From a virus: a stretch of 64,000 nt of DNA. Every line of letters starts with the position of its first letter. Positions within the stretch are counted from its first letter, which is position 1. A program made the translations under genes and the position numbers. Shown here piece after piece: positions 17,614 through 29,300 of the stretch. Where the stretch lies: positions 1-64,000 of IMG/VR virus record IMGVR_UViG_3300025083_000016; one strand, given 5' to 3'. The notes beneath the pieces were generated by a model, which saw nothing but the letters and a program-made list of their open reading frames with translations, was not told the origin of the DNA and made no database searches.

Positions 17614-19488
17614 ATGGCGTTAAGCAAGCTAGAAAATTACTTGACAAATCAAAATAATAAACAATTTTCAAATGAAAATTTTACAGACTTTAGGAACGAG
17701 CTATTACAATATGCAAATCTTTATTATAAAGATAACATTGTAGACTTTTCAGAGGTTTCGTTAGGAGGTATGCTTCTAGACTTTGCAGCAATTGTTGGAG
17801 ATTCTTTGGTTTACTATGCAGAACAACAATTTAACGAATTAGACTACACAACAGCAACAGATCCTGGAAACATTGTAAAACATTTACAAAGAGCAAATAT
17901 AAAAAACTCTAAAGCATCACCATCATCAGTTGACGTTGTATTTACAATTGAAACTGAGAGAGATCCTAGTAGTCCAGATTATGATTTAAAACCTTATCTA
18001 CAGGAACTCCCTGTAATTAAATCTGGGACAATTCTAGTATCAGATTCAGGTATATTTTTTACATTACAAGAAGACATAGATTTTACGTCTGGAGGGTACA
18101 AAATAGAAACAAGTGAAGAAGACGGAGATGGGACAGTTTTAAGTTTATTACTTAAAAAAGAAGGATTATGTGTTTCAGGTATTGTGACAGAAGAAATCAT
18201 TTCAATCCCAACTGACAATCAAGACTTTTTTACTAAAATATTACTTGATAAAGATAACATTACAAATATAATAAGCGTTTTAGATGAAGACAATAACGAG
18301 TTTTTTGAAGTTGACTATTTAACACAGACAACTTTGTTTAAAAAAGTTGAATTTAGTAACGATAACTATATGACAATAATGCCTGTGCCTAGAAGATTCA
18401 TAAGAGAAGAAGACTACATTACAGGCAAGACTAGCCTTCGATTTGGCAACGGCAATGGCAAGTCAGTTAGAGGTAATGCATTTGCGAATATTGAAGATTT
18501 GATTCTACCAATTAAAAATAAAGACACAGTTTCTAATAGATTAAGCTTGGATCCTGGTACTCTATTAGAATCAAATACGTTAGGTATCTCACCGTCAGGT
18601 AGCACATTAACAATTACATACAAGTATGGCGGAGGAACTAATCATAACGTTCCTGCTTTTGCTATTAATAAAATTGTTGGCCAACCTATTGTAGTTTTTC
18701 CTGACTTAAATATAGACAGTCAAGATTATGAGTTAGATACAGTTAGAATAATTGATTCAATAGCAGTTGAAAATGAAAACAGCTCAGTTGGAGGAATGCA
18801 AGCATTATCATTAAATGAATTAAAGCAGCAAATCCCTAACACTATAAAAGCACAGTCAAGAATAATAACACAAGAAGATTTATTGTCAAGAATTCTTACA
18901 ATGCCTAGTGATTTTGGAAGAATAAATAAAGCTGTAGCATTAGATAATCTATACACGAATACATCTAAAGATCTTTTTATAGTTTGCAAAGATTCAGAAG
19001 GTTTTTACACCGAAGCTTCAGATGCTATTAAGTCAAATTTATCGACTTATTTAAATGAATATAGGTTAATAGGTGATAATTTTAACTTATTAGATGTACC
19101 TGTTTATAATTTTGGTATTAGAGCAAAAATTAAAGTTAAATCCGGATTCGACATAGAAAGTGTAATATTAGAAATAAATAGCAGAATAATTAATAATATG
19201 AGATTTGATTTACTTCAAATAGGCAGTCCTATAAATGTAAGCCAAATTTCGCTAATTATTGAAACAACAGACGGCGTTGACTCAATTGTGACACCTAAAA
19301 AATCGATAATTGTATCGAAAAACAAAGAAGACGAATTTTTTGACATAGAAGAATCAAAAACGCTTACATATCAAGACAGTGTATTTAATTCTCAAACACT
19401 TTATAGAGACGGTTTAATTCAACCTCCACGAGGAGGTATATTTGAAATGAGATATACTTTTAATGACATATTTATTGCTGCTAACTAA
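17614..19488 (+). CDS. Baseplate wedge subunit, T4 gp6/baseplate J family
   Basis: DFSEVSLGGMLLD..A.VGD, LRFGNG, YKYGGG..HNV, AQSRIITQEDL. Confidence 0.9.
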   Translation: MALSKLENYLTNQNNKQFSNENFTDFRNELLQYANLYYKDNIVDFSEVSLGGMLLDFAAIVGDSLVYYAEQQFNELDYTTATDPGNIVKHLQRANIKNSKASPSSVDVVFTIETERDPSSPDYDLKPYLQELPVIKSGTILVSDSGIFFTLQEDIDFTSGGYKIETSEEDGDGTVLSLLLKKEGLCVSGIVTEEIISIPTDNQDFFTKILLDKDNITNIISVLDEDNNEFFEVDYLTQTTLFKKVEFSNDNYMTIMPVPRRFIREEDYITGKTSLRFGNGNGKSVRGNAFANIEDLILPIKNKDTVSNRLSLDPGTLLESNTLGISPSGSTLTITYKYGGGTNHNVPAFAINKIVGQPIVVFPDLNIDSQDYELDTVRIIDSIAVENENSSVGGMQALSLNELKQQIPNTIKAQSRIITQEDLLSRILTMPSDFGRINKAVALDNLYTNTSKDLFIVCKDSEGFYTEASDAIKSNLSTYLNEYRLIGDNFNLLDVPVYNFGIRAKIKVKSGFDIESVILEINSRIINNMRFDLLQIGSPINVSQISLIIETTDGVDSIVTPKKSIIVSKNKEDEFFDIEESKTLTYQDSVFNSQTLYRDGLIQPPRGGIFEMRYTFNDIFIAAN

Positions 19489-19501
19489 GGAAAACAAATA
19501 A

Positions 19502-21640
19502 ATGATTATAATATTGGAACCGCAAAAAGATACATATGTTACGAACTTAAAGACAGTCAAGAACGATGGTGCAAAAGCAAATGTTGGTCAAGCTGCAACT
19601 TTAGATTTATTTAAACTCTATAACGAAAATAAAAATTCACACTCTTGGGCAGCATTTAAATTTACAGGTTCTATTGCTGATGAAGCACAATTAAGATTGA
19701 TTGACGCAGATAATAAAACTGTTGATTTTATTTTTAAAACAGATGAAGATACAGTCGATGGTAGCTTAAATAACAGCAAAGTAATTATTGGTATATCTGA
19801 AATTGATGATGAAGGTGATTCTAATCCAAGTACTTACGCTGCTCAAATAGCAGCTGCAATTAATAATGTTTCTACGTTTAATAACGATTTAACATTAGGA
19901 ATAACTGCTTTTAGTAATTCAAACAATGAACTTGTATTAAAACAGAACAAAGCAGGATTGTCTGGTGATACTACATTTACAGTTCCTGCTAATATGGTTC
20001 ATGTTGGTACAACAAATACAGATACAGTAACAAAGTTTACAAGAATAGATTACAGTGCTGTACTAATTAAGTTTGACTTAGATGACTTTAAAAGTAACTG
20101 GATAGAACTAATAGATGATGATGATGGCGATGGTATTGACGATGGCGGCGCGCCAAAAGACGATTTGCCAGGTGCTTTTAGAAACTTAAAAGCAGAATTG
20201 ATCTTAAAAGATGTAACTACTGGAACTACTAAGCCAAAAGATTTTAATCTTGAAGTTTGTGAGCTCAAAAAAGATTTTTTAGAAGGACTAGGCAAAGATA
20301 CAGTTCACTTTTCTGATAAATCAAACACAAATTTCCAGTCTTTTGATGATACAACTAATTGGGAAATTGAAAGTTATATAACTTTAGGTACAGCTGTAGA
20401 TGCTGAATTATTTTCACCTACTTCTAGCTTTACAGTTTCTAAAGGAAATGAAGATGTTGTTTTTGACATTTCAAACTATATAAAAGAAAAGTTAAAGCAA
20501 ACAAGTAGTACTATTAATGATAAAGGTTTGTTAATTAAATTTACAAACAGCTTTTTATATAATATTAAATCTTACTTTGCTAAAAGATTAGGAAGCAGGC
20601 ATTTAATTAACAAAGCACTTAGACCTGAATTGCGAATTAAAATAGACGATTCTTCATACAACATTCCGATTGATTCTTTTAACAAGAAAAGATACTTAAA
20701 CAATTTAGAAGAATTTTATCTTTTTAATATTTTAGATGGAGAACTTTCAGACTTTATAGATCCTGATGATGGTGTTTCTTTTACTTTAAAATTAAAAATT
20801 AAAAGTAAAGATAATAAAAAGGTTTTTGCTAATGTTACAGCAAACAGTACAAGTGGGGCACCTGTTGTTAATTTCAAAGGCAAGAAACTATCAGGTATTA
20901 GAAAAGCTCAACTAACAAATACCGATTTGAGTAAATTTAACAATGAAATATCTAGTTACATAAAAAATGACAAACTTGAAGCAAACTACGAGTGGTGTTG
21001 GTATAAAGAAACTGATCAAACTACAACAATAAATGCTGGAGATTTTATTGAAGGCAGAACATATAAAATAAAAACTAAAGGAACGACAGACTTTACACTG
21101 ATAGGTGCATCTGATAATGTTGTTGGTATAGTTTTTACTGCTACAGGAGCAGGTACTGGTAATGGTACTGCATACCAAATTGAAAAAGTTATAAAAAACG
21201 AAAGAGTAGATTTTTATATTAGCGAAAATGCTAACGAAGAAAGATACGAAAACTTAATATCTTCCATCAAAATAAATGAAAATAAATTAATATCAGATAA
21301 TTCATCATGTTCAGTCGAAGTCTATTTTGTAGATACTAAGAAAGAATTTAACGCAGTAAAAGTTCCGTTTGAGCTGCCTAGCGAAAACATAGGAAACGTT
21401 TTTTATCAATTAATAGACGTTGAAAGCGGAAAAACTTTAATTGATTATGACAAAGGAACGTCAAATACGAGTCAAAATGCAACAAAAATGTTTTTTGATG
21501 GAGAAAAGTATAGATTTAATTTTTATGTTCCTAAAAAATACAAAGACGCTAGGGTTAACTTTAAATTTATGTACGAAGATCCTATAACAAAAACGAAAAA
21601 ATACATTTTTAATGAAAAATACTCAGTTAGGATTCTATAA
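19502..21640 (+). CDS. Baseplate/virion structural protein (DNRLRE-like, with inserted modules)
   Basis: PQKDTYV start, VLIKFDL, GLLIKF, RPELRIKIDDS; context within the baseplate cluster. Confidence 0.6.
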   Translation: MIIILEPQKDTYVTNLKTVKNDGAKANVGQAATLDLFKLYNENKNSHSWAAFKFTGSIADEAQLRLIDADNKTVDFIFKTDEDTVDGSLNNSKVIIGISEIDDEGDSNPSTYAAQIAAAINNVSTFNNDLTLGITAFSNSNNELVLKQNKAGLSGDTTFTVPANMVHVGTTNTDTVTKFTRIDYSAVLIKFDLDDFKSNWIELIDDDDGDGIDDGGAPKDDLPGAFRNLKAELILKDVTTGTTKPKDFNLEVCELKKDFLEGLGKDTVHFSDKSNTNFQSFDDTTNWEIESYITLGTAVDAELFSPTSSFTVSKGNEDVVFDISNYIKEKLKQTSSTINDKGLLIKFTNSFLYNIKSYFAKRLGSRHLINKALRPELRIKIDDSSYNIPIDSFNKKRYLNNLEEFYLFNILDGELSDFIDPDDGVSFTLKLKIKSKDNKKVFANVTANSTSGAPVVNFKGKKLSGIRKAQLTNTDLSKFNNEISSYIKNDKLEANYEWCWYKETDQTTTINAGDFIEGRTYKIKTKGTTDFTLIGASDNVVGIVFTATGAGTGNGTAYQIEKVIKNERVDFYISENANEERYENLISSIKINENKLISDNSSCSVEVYFVDTKKEFNAVKVPFELPSENIGNVFYQLIDVESGKTLIDYDKGTSNTSQNATKMFFDGEKYRFNFYVPKKYKDARVNFKFMYEDPITKTKKYIFNEKYSVRIL

Positions 21641-24600
21641 TGGCTTTTGTAAATTCACCTGAAAATTTGAACGGGTTGTTTTCTTCTACACAAAATAATT
21701 TAAATTTTGATGCAAAAAGTTCTAATGATTTAAACACATTAATCAAATCTTTAAATATTGTCAATCCAGATGATCTTTCAAAAGAAGATATTTCTTTAAT
21801 ATTAAAAAGAATAGATGACTACGAAGGTCTTTTTTCTACACAACAATTAGAAAACATTGATTATAAGAATTTCAAAAACCACGTTTTTTTTGACTCTGCA
21901 GTTAATAAACTAACTTCTTCTTTTGAAAGGATTCAGCAGATACCTTATGATAAAGATGAGCTAGAAAATATAAAGTTTTTTAATAAAAGTGACGGTTATA
22001 CTAAATACATCTTGAATAGTTTATATCCTAAGAGTAAAGGATACGTTAAGTTTAACGGTAATACAGCATTAGCTGTTTTCGATGAACAAGGAAAAATTCT
22101 AAATGATACAAAAAATAAAGAAATAGGTTTATTAAATCCAACAAGATTTAGATTTTCTTTTGACTTCTGGTTAAAACCTGAAAGTGTTGGATTTGCACAA
22201 AATCAAGTTGTTTTTAAAAAAATACAGATTGCGAACAATTCTATTAAAAACGGATATATCTGCTATTTAAATGAAAGTGGAGGAAATTATTATTTAAATT
22301 TCAAATCTATAGTAGATAATGTTGCTTATAACTCAAAAACAAAAATAACTTTAGATGCTTGGCATAATATTGTTATAAATGTAAATATAGACAAAAAAGT
22401 TTCATTTATAATTGGTGGTGAAAATGTCTTGGAAAGTGACATTGTTAAAGACACAATAAACAGTATAAAAAAGAAGGCTTTTCCTTTAGAATTTAAATCA
22501 AAAAATATCCCTTTTTCTCTAGGCGGGATGTTTTATATAAATAGCGGAAACATTCAGAATACTTTAACAGATAATGAAAATATTGTTTATACAAACTTAA
22601 CAGGAAGTATAGACGAATTTAGAATGTTTTTCAAGTTTAGAAGCAGAAATACAATCAAAAAAGAAATGCATAAAAATATTTATGCACAAAAAGGATTGAT
22701 GTTGTATTTAAGATTAAACGAACCTGCAGGTAATTATACGAACAGTTGTTTAACAATAGATTATTCAGGAAACAAACTGCATGGATTAATTTATGATATA
22801 AGTCTTCCTAACATTGCTTTATTGACAAATACAAGTAATATCAAAATTAATCAAGAACAAGATACATCATGGCACTTAAATCTAGAAAAAAAAGAAGACT
22901 CGCCTGTTTTAAATTCAGCGTATATTAATATTACAACATTAAGAGAAAATTTAATAAATCTAGCAAAAGATTATGATAATAATAACCCAAATTTAATTTT
23001 TAATATGTTACCTAAACATTATTTCTTAAACAGCTCTGACTTTCAAAATCTTCCTGTGTATAGCAGTGACGATGCGTACACCTCTGGTTTGCAGATAACA
23101 GCTAATGATTTACAGATTACAGCAAGTCAATTAAATGCTTCACTTCCAGCTAATAGTGAGCTAGTAAATATTGTTTTAATATGGGCAAAATTCTTTGATA
23201 AGTTAAAAATGTATATTGGTTCAATAACTAATTTGCTAAACGTTGATTATGACTCTTTTAATAATAAAAATGTAATTGCAATGCAAATTCCTATACTTTG
23301 TAAAATGTATGGTTTTGATTTTAAAGAAATATTTCCAACAATATCAAAGAGTAAACTAGATAATTTGAATCTTAATTACGATGATATTGTTTCTGAATAT
23401 AGTATTCGTAAAATTCAAAACTTGTTATGGCAAAGATTTTTAATTAACACACAAGACTTTTTAAAATCAAAAGGAACTATAAGAAGTATTGAATCTACAT
23501 TTAATTCTTTTGGGATAGACTATAAAAAACTAATTGATATTAAAGAATATTCTTACAGTAATACAATAACACAAGAAAAGAACTTTTATTTAGAAACAAT
23601 AGATACTTTTTCGATAAACTTTGGAAACATAACCAGCTTGACGTCAAGCGGAAATTTCAGTAATGTAGTTGAAGGTCCTTCTAATAATAAATTACTACTA
23701 GAGGTACCAAACATAAGATCAAAGCAGACAGATCAGAGACTTGTAGCTGATACTATAGAAAAAGGTCTAGGTAAGAATGATTGGAGTATTGAATTGTTTT
23801 TTAATTTTAATGATTCTGTTAACAAAAAAAGATTTATAAATCAATCAAAACTTAATCAAATAAACAGCCCAGACTTCTATTACGATAATGTCCAGTATCT
23901 TTTTTATTTAGATAGCGGTGTAGAAGATGTTAATGACGATGGTGTTGTTATATTTGCAAAATATGAAAGAATTAATAGCTTTAATAGTAAACTAGGCACA
24001 ATCACAATAGAGATACAACCAATTGCAGGTGGTAATTTTAATAGAACAATATCATTAGAAAATGTTAATATTTTTGACGTTACAAAACACTTAGTTTTGA
24101 CTCAAAAAAGAGAGGATAATAAACTTACATATAAAGCAACACTTAATGACGTAGGTCAGCAAGTCTTACTAAAAAGTGCAATATCAAAAGAGTCATCTAT
24201 AACAATAACAGGCGACGACTTAGATACAAGAATCAGTAACAACGAATATCTTTTCTCTAACGTAAATAATAACTTAAACTTAAAAGTAGGTGACTATAAA
24301 TACTCTACGCTTAACAACTTAAACTCAACAGCTTCAAACAATTTAATCTTCGAAGGTGAAGTTTTAAAGATCAGACTCTGGAAACACTGTCTAGTAGAAG
24401 AAGAAATTAAATCGCATGCAAGAAACATAAAGAACTTTAGCAAAAAAAATAATGTGCCACTTAAAACTTTAATTCTAGATACTGAAGTTAAAAATATTGA
24501 ACGCTCTTTAGATGCTAATGATAACTTCTATAAATGGAACGTAGAAGACATATCAGTAAATTCAGTTTTGAACTCTCTGGAAATTGAATCATTAAATACA

Positions 24601-25269
24601 TGTATAGTTAAAACTAAAAACGTAGTTCAAACAGATAAACTTGTGATTAAAAATAATAGTTTAATATGCAAAGTTTTTAATCCAAAGCTTGACGAGATTA
24701 CTTCTAGTAATAAAGTAAATATTTTAAGTTATAAAGAAGAAGATAATAAGAAGAATTTAAATAATTTTACTTCTTTCCCGTCAAACGAAATTCATTCTCA
24801 TTACGAATATGACTCAGTAAATCGAGTAAGTATTGACATGTCTATTGTTAAATCAATTAATGAAGACATATCAAAGATAATAACAGACATGAATGATTTT
24901 TCATCTAAAATGTCAAATTGTATGTCAAAATATGAGTATCAATATAAAGATATAAATGATTTAAGAGAAGATTATTTTAGTAAATACAGCGATTCAGACT
25001 ACATAAATTATGCCTCAGTAGGAAATATATTTAAGTATTTTGACAATATTATGTCTTCTATTCTATATGATATAGTGCCTAGTAGAGTTAGGTTTGAAGG
25101 TTTTAATTTTGTTTATGAATCACATGCTTTGGAAAGACATAAGTATCAGCATAAAAACAAAGACAGTATAAATACAATTATAAGTCACGAACAACGATTT
25201 GATTTTTCAAGAAATAGTATTTTATCTAGAAGAAGCAATCAGTATAATGTTAATAGAACAAGAGAATAA
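21640..25269 (+). CDS. Baseplate wedge protein, gp7/gpI-like, with LamG domains
   Basis: FSFDFW...WHNI...GSIDEFRMF (LamG); FLKSKGTIRSIE (KGT motif of gp7/P2 gpI); second LamG-like EGEVLKIRLW. Confidence 0.7.
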   Translation: MAFVNSPENLNGLFSSTQNNLNFDAKSSNDLNTLIKSLNIVNPDDLSKEDISLILKRIDDYEGLFSTQQLENIDYKNFKNHVFFDSAVNKLTSSFERIQQIPYDKDELENIKFFNKSDGYTKYILNSLYPKSKGYVKFNGNTALAVFDEQGKILNDTKNKEIGLLNPTRFRFSFDFWLKPESVGFAQNQVVFKKIQIANNSIKNGYICYLNESGGNYYLNFKSIVDNVAYNSKTKITLDAWHNIVINVNIDKKVSFIIGGENVLESDIVKDTINSIKKKAFPLEFKSKNIPFSLGGMFYINSGNIQNTLTDNENIVYTNLTGSIDEFRMFFKFRSRNTIKKEMHKNIYAQKGLMLYLRLNEPAGNYTNSCLTIDYSGNKLHGLIYDISLPNIALLTNTSNIKINQEQDTSWHLNLEKKEDSPVLNSAYINITTLRENLINLAKDYDNNNPNLIFNMLPKHYFLNSSDFQNLPVYSSDDAYTSGLQITANDLQITASQLNASLPANSELVNIVLIWAKFFDKLKMYIGSITNLLNVDYDSFNNKNVIAMQIPILCKMYGFDFKEIFPTISKSKLDNLNLNYDDIVSEYSIRKIQNLLWQRFLINTQDFLKSKGTIRSIESTFNSFGIDYKKLIDIKEYSYSNTITQEKNFYLETIDTFSINFGNITSLTSSGNFSNVVEGPSNNKLLLEVPNIRSKQTDQRLVADTIEKGLGKNDWSIELFFNFNDSVNKKRFINQSKLNQINSPDFYYDNVQYLFYLDSGVEDVNDDGVVIFAKYERINSFNSKLGTITIEIQPIAGGNFNRTISLENVNIFDVTKHLVLTQKREDNKLTYKATLNDVGQQVLLKSAISKESSITITGDDLDTRISNNEYLFSNVNNNLNLKVGDYKYSTLNNLNSTASNNLIFEGEVLKIRLWKHCLVEEEIKSHARNIKNFSKKNNVPLKTLILDTEVKNIERSLDANDNFYKWNVEDISVNSVLNSLEIESLNTCIVKTKNVVQTDKLVIKNNSLICKVFNPKLDEITSSNKVNILSYKEEDNKKNLNNFTSFPSNEIHSHYEYDSVNRVSIDMSIVKSINEDISKIITDMNDFSSKMSNCMSKYEYQYKDINDLREDYFSKYSDSDYINYASVGNIFKYFDNIMSSILYDIVPSRVRFEGFNFVYESHALERHKYQHKNKDSINTIISHEQRFDFSRNSILSRRSNQYNVNRTRE

Positions 25270-25287
25270 TAAACGAAAGCTTAATAA

Positions 25288-26361
25288 ATGACACTACCTA
25301 GACTCGACAGAAACAGTGTGTTCATAGAAAACAGAGAACATTCTATTGAAAACATTACAAGTGATTTACTAGATGCGACCGAAAAAGAAAAAGTTTTTTA
25401 TTCTTATAATTTTTTTGACAAATCTATAAACACTCTTGAGATATCTTTGTTTGTAGGACTAGATTCAAGTTTTACTCAAAATCAAATATTAAATTCAAAA
25501 TACTATTTAAATGACACAGCAACAAAAAGCCACTTCAATAATCTAATTAAAGACTATCAGCCTTTTAACGAAGAAAAAAGCAACTTGTTTAAAAACACAC
25601 AAATTAACGATGCTTCATCTGACAAGGGTGAGATCGAAGTATTAATGAATCCTGCTATAGTACCAAAGACTTACGGCTTGTTAACAGATGAAGTTGTTGT
25701 TTTAGGTGACTTATTTGAAACTTCTAATGATCCTTTCGAAGAAATGATAAACCTTGAAGATATTAACGAATATTTCATGAGCCCAAGAGATCTAGTGTAT
25801 CCTAGATACTATAATATTCACTCTTTGTCTAGACTTAACTCTAACATAAGTGTTTTTGGTACATTAGAGTCTATAGATGGAAATTTAACGACTGAAGTTC
25901 CTTTGAAAGGTATGAATGTTGAGATTATAAACAATGGTATAGACTCAAGAAATAGAGAAATTTTTATATCAAACAAAATAACAATTCGTGAAATGGAAGG
26001 CAATGCATCACAGGCAAAAATAGAAGGATTTTCTGATCAGATTGTTGAAGATTTAGTAACAAACGACTCTTCTATGATTACAGTAAACTATGATTATGAA
26101 AATATTATTTTTAATGGTCAAAATATTGTGTCTTTCAATACAGGCGAAAATGTTTCTAGTACATCTGCTAGATTAACAAATAATGCATATTATTATAATG
26201 ATGATGAATTAATAATAATACCTTTTGATGATTCTAGAGAAGCAGAAGTTTCTGATGCTGATTTTGATAATGAAGACGTATTTAGCCCGACAGGACAAAC
26301 TACAAATAATATAAATGGTGGATCACCTGATTCTTTAGCATTCTTAGGAGAAAATGATTAA
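25288..26361 (+). CDS. Hypothetical virion protein
   Basis: 357 aa acidic ORF within the structural operon. Confidence 0.6.
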   Translation: MTLPRLDRNSVFIENREHSIENITSDLLDATEKEKVFYSYNFFDKSINTLEISLFVGLDSSFTQNQILNSKYYLNDTATKSHFNNLIKDYQPFNEEKSNLFKNTQINDASSDKGEIEVLMNPAIVPKTYGLLTDEVVVLGDLFETSNDPFEEMINLEDINEYFMSPRDLVYPRYYNIHSLSRLNSNISVFGTLESIDGNLTTEVPLKGMNVEIINNGIDSRNREIFISNKITIREMEGNASQAKIEGFSDQIVEDLVTNDSSMITVNYDYENIIFNGQNIVSFNTGENVSSTSARLTNNAYYYNDDELIIIPFDDSREAEVSDADFDNEDVFSPTGQTTNNINGGSPDSLAFLGEND

Positions 26362-29300
26362 ATGAGTAGAGTCAATAATAGAAAAAATGTTTTTATTGAA
26401 TCTGTAATCACAAATGCTGTGCCTACTAGAGACGTATCAAATAATATTTATAAGTACAGCTTGACTTTTAATGTTATAGCAACTGAAACATGGTATGTAA
26501 TTTACAAGAATAGTGCAAGAATACTAAGTGCATTTAAAGAAAATCAAATTATTTTTTCAAATAGTATTGCTTTTTATGACACTGGAAACTCTAATACCAA
26601 AACATTACAAAGTGCACAGTTGAAAATTACAAGTGCTGACTATTCTAGTTATAATCCAAGCAAAGTAATTACAATAACTGCAGATGTTATTGTTTCACCT
26701 GCGTTTATACCTGTTGACGGTTCAAACAATATTACTTTTGTTTTTGGTGATCCTCCGATAGGTACAAATAGTAATACTATAATTTTTCCAAAAATCGGGG
26801 CAAACTCTTTAAAAAGTAATAATAATTCCGGAAGTTTAACAAAGTCTTTAAAAAAGACAGTAAGAGATGATAATTCTCTTATGGGGACTTTACCTTCTAC
26901 AAAAATAACAACAGGTAAAATTCTACAAGATTTAAATGATCCTTTTGACGAAACTAATATCATAGAATTTTCAAGTAGAGATAATGTTTATGCTTCAATT
27001 GGGTTACCTTTAAAACAAACTAATATTGATAATAAATTCTATATTAGCTCTGTTTTGACAGATGATGTCCCACCTAATTTAGTAACAGATCAAGCTACAA
27101 TAAGTGTTTCTAATAAATCTTTCAGGAGTGCGTTTGATTTAGATAATTCAAAAGTTTTTTCTCAACCCAATAAAATAGATAACTTAATCAAATACACAAG
27201 AAAAATAGATCCTGACAATTTGCCTCACATCGTTAAACAAGAATATTTCCAAGAAGAATATACACCTTTTAAAGAAGAAAGCTTTCATTTTGAATCAGAC
27301 TTGACAACTGATTTCTATACTGATAGTGTTGACTCAGAAAATGGTTATACATTAAGCGATCAAAAACAAATTAAAATTACTCTTGACTTTACAGATTCAT
27401 TTGATTTACACTTAATGAACACACAACTTTCTTTTGTTTTGCCTAATGCATCAAATAATAAAAATAGCTTTCTAGATGATGCAAATAATCTAAATAAGAT
27501 AATTGATTTAAAATATTTTAATTTTCTTGATGTCAATCATGAAGATTCAAATTCTGATAATCATTATAGTACTGCATATAGCTGTCATAGCATGCCAACT
27601 GCATATTGGAATAATAGTAATAATAGATGGAGTTATTTAGACGCTGCAGACGAAAATTACTTAGGTTCAAAAATACCTGACACAATGACGTCAGTTCTTC
27701 CAAACAATTTTATTTTTGAAAGTGTTAATAATGAGCTAAAGTTAAAAACTTCTGACGTTAATCTAAAAAATTATAGAGAATTTAAAAACTATTTTTATAA
27801 TCGACCTATCCTTACAACACCTTCTTACAGAAGAGAAGGTCTATTTAAAGAAAAATTTTATAAGTCTGATTATTCTTTTTTTAATAGCGAAGATATTCTG
27901 GAAGAAAGAGCATGGAAAGATATTGAAAGTGTTAACAAATCTGCTATTTCACAAATATCAGACACTTATGGTTTTCCATATCAAGCAAAGTGGCAGCCAA
28001 ATGACAGTCATTTAATTGATATGTCAAAGTATATATCAAAAGACTTTTTGCTTGAAAAAGTTGTTTTTAAAGGTAAGTTTACACATAAAGGAGAATTTCC
28101 GACGCGAGAAAGACAAGTCCATAGTGGCTTTAATTCTTATAATGCATTATCATTTCCGCAAGGAAGTGTCTTGGACTACAAAATTTCTTTCAATGGAACA
28201 AGATATACAGGCCCTTGGGATGAAGACGGTACTAATATTGTTAATATTCCACCTTTAAATTACTATGATCCACATGCATATGATAATCCTAGTATAAACT
28301 ATAAAGAAGATGGGGAAAACTATGCATCGAACTCAATAACTTTTTTCATATTAAACGAGAAGAAAGAAAAAAGTTATTTAAAAAGCAAGTCTGAAACTGA
28401 AGAGATGCAACATTTTTCTTTTATCTTTACTGATGATTTGAATGTAGGTATAGAAAACATTTCTTATTTAGTAAAAAGTAGACATGATTTAGACAGGCTT
28501 TCAGGAGATTATCACGAGTATATCGATTTCCCGAGTTATTCTTTTAAACAAAGTTTTATTTTAAATATTGACAACAGTGACGATAAGATTAGAGTTAAAA
28601 ATTATTCTTTTGAAAACAACAGACTTAATTCACTTGATAGTTTTAATGAAATAAATAAAAATGTTTTAGCAGCAGGATTGGCTAGTTTTAATAAAAGCAG
28701 ATTTCACTTTATAGATCAACATGATAGTGCTGATGGTGTGAACTTTATTGACAATCTATATTACAAAAAACTAGAAAGAGAACCAGTCTACGTCAATGGA
28801 AATATCGCATATTATAGAATCAATTATACAGACATTAATGTACCTGAAAATATTTTTGGAAAAATAAAATCTGAATCTGTGAATGAATTTGATGAAAACA
28901 GATCTAGAGAATTAGTTTCTTTTTCAAATCTTTTAATCACAAGAACGAAAAACAGAAATTATCTTGTTTATGACAACAAAACCAACTCAAATTACCAGAG
29001 TGATAATTCTGGAATTATGTTTGATCAAAACGTTCTAAAGACTATTGACGAGCATAAAATATTACCACTTTTGAGCAATAATGCTGATGTCAATTTAAAT
29101 GTAGAAACACCTCAAGAATTTGTTTTAAAAAGCTTGTGTAAAAATGTTGACAATTCAAATATTGCTTATCTTGATGAGTCAGAATATTCTCTATCATCTA
29201 ATTTTTTTAACACAGGTGTTGAAAGTATTTTAGACACTGACTATAATGCTAAAGTAAAAGACACAATAGTTAGTATACAATACTCAATTATACCTGATGG

